DNA of 64,000 nucleotides from an uncultured Chloroflexia bacterium (GTDB lineage Bacteria; Chloroflexota; Limnocylindria; Limnocylindrales; CSP1-4): NCBI GenBank assembly GCA_963768655.1, contig CAVYIM010000007.1, positions 32,001 to 96,000 of the forward strand, read 5' to 3'. Shown piece by piece: positions 62,143 to 64,000 of this stretch (position 1 is its first letter; each line of letters starts with the position of its first letter). The notes under the pieces were generated by a model. It saw only the letters and a program-made list of their open reading frames with translations, ran no database searches and was not told where the DNA came from. The position numbers and the translations under genes were made by a program.

Positions 62143-64000
62143 ATGAAGTCACCCGTGTCAATTGCGGTCGGCTCCCGTCGGGCCTCACCGAGTCCGCGCC
62201 GACCATTCGCGCGGCTCTTGGTCCTCGCTCCGGCGGCGCTCCTGCTGTCGGGGCTTTCTACGGTCCCGGCCGGTCCGCCAGCAAGACCTGCCGTGGCGGC
62301 AGCACCCGCGGCAACGCCAGCGACGACGGTGGTACAGCCGCACTCCGTCGTCGCCAGCGGTGACTGGCCTCAGTTCCACAACGATGCTACCCACGACGGC
62401 TACAACAGCGCCGAGACGACTCTCTCTGCGTCGGATGTCGCCGGCTTGGGCGTGGCCTGGACCGGTACGACCGGGAGCCCGATCACGTCGTCGCCGGCGG
62501 TCTCGAACGGCGTTGTCTATGTCGGTTCCCTCGACGACAAGCTCTACGCCTACGCGGTCGGCTGTAACAAGGATGGCGGGTCGTGCGCACCGCTCTGGAC
62601 GGCCACCACCGGCGGCCTGGTCGTGTCCTCGCCGGCGGTCTCGAACGGCGTCGTCTATGTCGGTTCCTACGATGACAAACTCTATGCGTACGCTGTCGGC
62701 TGCGGCGGGTCCTGCACGCCGGTCTGGACCGCAACGACCGGGGGCAGCATCAACTCCTCGCCTGCCGTGACAGACGGCGTCGTGTACGTCGGGTCATGGG
62801 ACGGCAAGCTGTATGCGTACGCGGTCGGTTGCGCGAGCGGTGGCGACATCTGCACGCCGCTCTGGACGGCGACTACAGACGGCCGCATCGCCTCGTCGCC
62901 CGTGGTTTCGAACGGCGTAGTCTACGTCGGCTCGGAGGACGGCAGACTCTACGCGTACGCGGTCGATTGTGCCAGTGGTGGCGGATCGTGCGCGCCGCTG
63001 TGGACCGCGACGATCGACGCCCCCTTCAGTTTCGGGATCGCTTCCTCGCCCGCTGTCTCGAACGGCGTCGTCTACATCGGCTCCTACCGTGGCCAGCTGC
63101 ATGCCTTCGCGGTCGGCTGTGCCTCCGACGGCGGGTCCTGCACGCCCCTTTGGTCGAGCGCCGGGATTGGCCGTGTCGTCTCATCGCCCGCGGTGGCCAA
63201 TGGCATCGTCTACGTTGGTTCCCGCGACGGCAAGCTGTATGCGTACGCGGTGGGCTGCGCCAGCGGTGGTGGGACTTGCTCCCCGCTCTGGACGGGCCTC
63301 ACCGGCGCCCCGGTCGATTCCTCCCCTGCGGTCGCTAACGGCGTCGTCTACGTCGGCTCCACCAATGGCGATGCCAAGTTGTATGCGTACGCGACCGGCT
63401 GTGCGAGCGGAGGCGGGGCGTGCACGCCGCTCTGGACGGCCGCGACCGGTGCCGGCATCGAATCATCGCCGGCTGTCTCAAACGGTGTCGTCTACGTCGG
63501 GTCCGGCGACAAGGATCTCTATGCGTACGGTTTGACCTACCCCGCCGCCACCTATACGCCCATCAGCCCGCGTCGCGTTCTCGACTCCCGGCCCACCGGG
63601 TCGGGTCACACCAACATCGGTCTGGCGGGTAAGTTCACCGCGGGTACCGTCCGTAAGTTCACCGTCGCCGGAGCGGAGTATGTCGGGGGTGGGAGCGCTG
63701 CGGCCATCCCGACCAATGCCGTGGCGGTGACAGGCAACCTCACGGTCGTGGGTGAGACCGCGCCAGGCGTCATCGATCTGGGACCGACCGTGACCGCGAC
63801 CGGGTCGACCGCCACTCTGGACTTTGCCAAGGGCGACATCCGGGCCAACAACGTGACGATCGGTCTGGCCCCCGATGGCTCACTGGAGGCCGTCTATCGC
63901 AGCAGCACCGCCGCTGCCACTACCGATCTCATCTTCGATGTCACAGGCTACTTTGTCCCCGGCAGCGGTGGTGCTACCTATCACAGCTTGGCTCCGGGTC
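62143..64000 (+). CDS. Secreted PQQ-like beta-propeller repeat protein, runs off window
   Basis: Open from ATG 62143 (absent from ORF track, no stop); DWPQF, repeated SSPAV.NGVVYVGS.DG.LYAYA with Cys pairs. Confidence 0.85.
   Translation, partial: MKSPVSIAVGSRRASPSPRRPFARLLVLAPAALLLSGLSTVPAGPPARPAVAAAPAATPATTVVQPHSVVASGDWPQFHNDATHDGYNSAETTLSASDVAGLGVAWTGTTGSPITSSPAVSNGVVYVGSLDDKLYAYAVGCNKDGGSCAPLWTATTGGLVVSSPAVSNGVVYVGSYDDKLYAYAVGCGGSCTPVWTATTGGSINSSPAVTDGVVYVGSWDGKLYAYAVGCASGGDICTPLWTATTDGRIASSPVVSNGVVYVGSEDGRLYAYAVDCASGGGSCAPLWTATIDAPFSFGIASSPAVSNGVVYIGSYRGQLHAFAVGCASDGGSCTPLWSSAGIGRVVSSPAVANGIVYVGSRDGKLYAYAVGCASGGGTCSPLWTGLTGAPVDSSPAVANGVVYVGSTNGDAKLYAYATGCASGGGACTPLWTAATGAGIESSPAVSNGVVYVGSGDKDLYAYGLTYPAATYTPISPRRVLDSRPTGSGHTNIGLAGKFTAGTVRKFTVAGAEYVGGGSAAAIPTNAVAVTGNLTVVGETAPGVIDLGPTVTATGSTATLDFAKGDIRANNVTIGLAPDGSLEAVYRSSTAAATTDLIFDVTGYFVPGSGGATYHSLAPG

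Larger units (their letters stand above)
37149..64000. mobile_element. Integrative element 2 (right end outside window)
   Basis: Same head architecture as element 1; cassette-like sites continue to 61958; no attR or comM 3' half found. Confidence 0.7.

Overview
GC-rich bacterial window. The style (leaderless starts, Pro/Ser/Thr-rich lipoproteins) suggests Chloroflexota, but this is weak inference. After two host genes (SPFH protein; receiver-CpaE ATPase), comM/YifB is split at 3531-3532 by a tandem pair of related integrative elements. Element 1 spans about 3531-37150. Element 2 runs from 37149 to beyond the window end; no attR or comM 3' half is seen. Each element head carries a large serine recombinase (LSR) whose reading frame crosses the att site, a small coupled ORF, a variable ORF, a promoter with the same architecture as the host comM promoter, and a tyrosine recombinase. 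Element 1 also has a TerS-like gene and, at its far end, an AAA ATPase / ParB-methyltransferase / Cys-His protein operon. Main observation: the cargo of both elements is punctuated by palindromic sites CRCBAT-N6-ATVGYG, starting right upstream of the tyrosine recombinase. They delimit single genes or operons, and five 6-bp spacers recur in the same order in both elements although the intervening genes are unrelated. This suggests a non-attC, spacer-addressed gene-cassette array. Cargo includes an RHS toxin with a probable immunity gene, a nuclease-like gene paired with a helical-domain/GlpK fusion, MBL hydrolases, an esterase-MprF-like-esterase operon, three IS256 copies and many gene fragments. 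All motif searches were done by eye.
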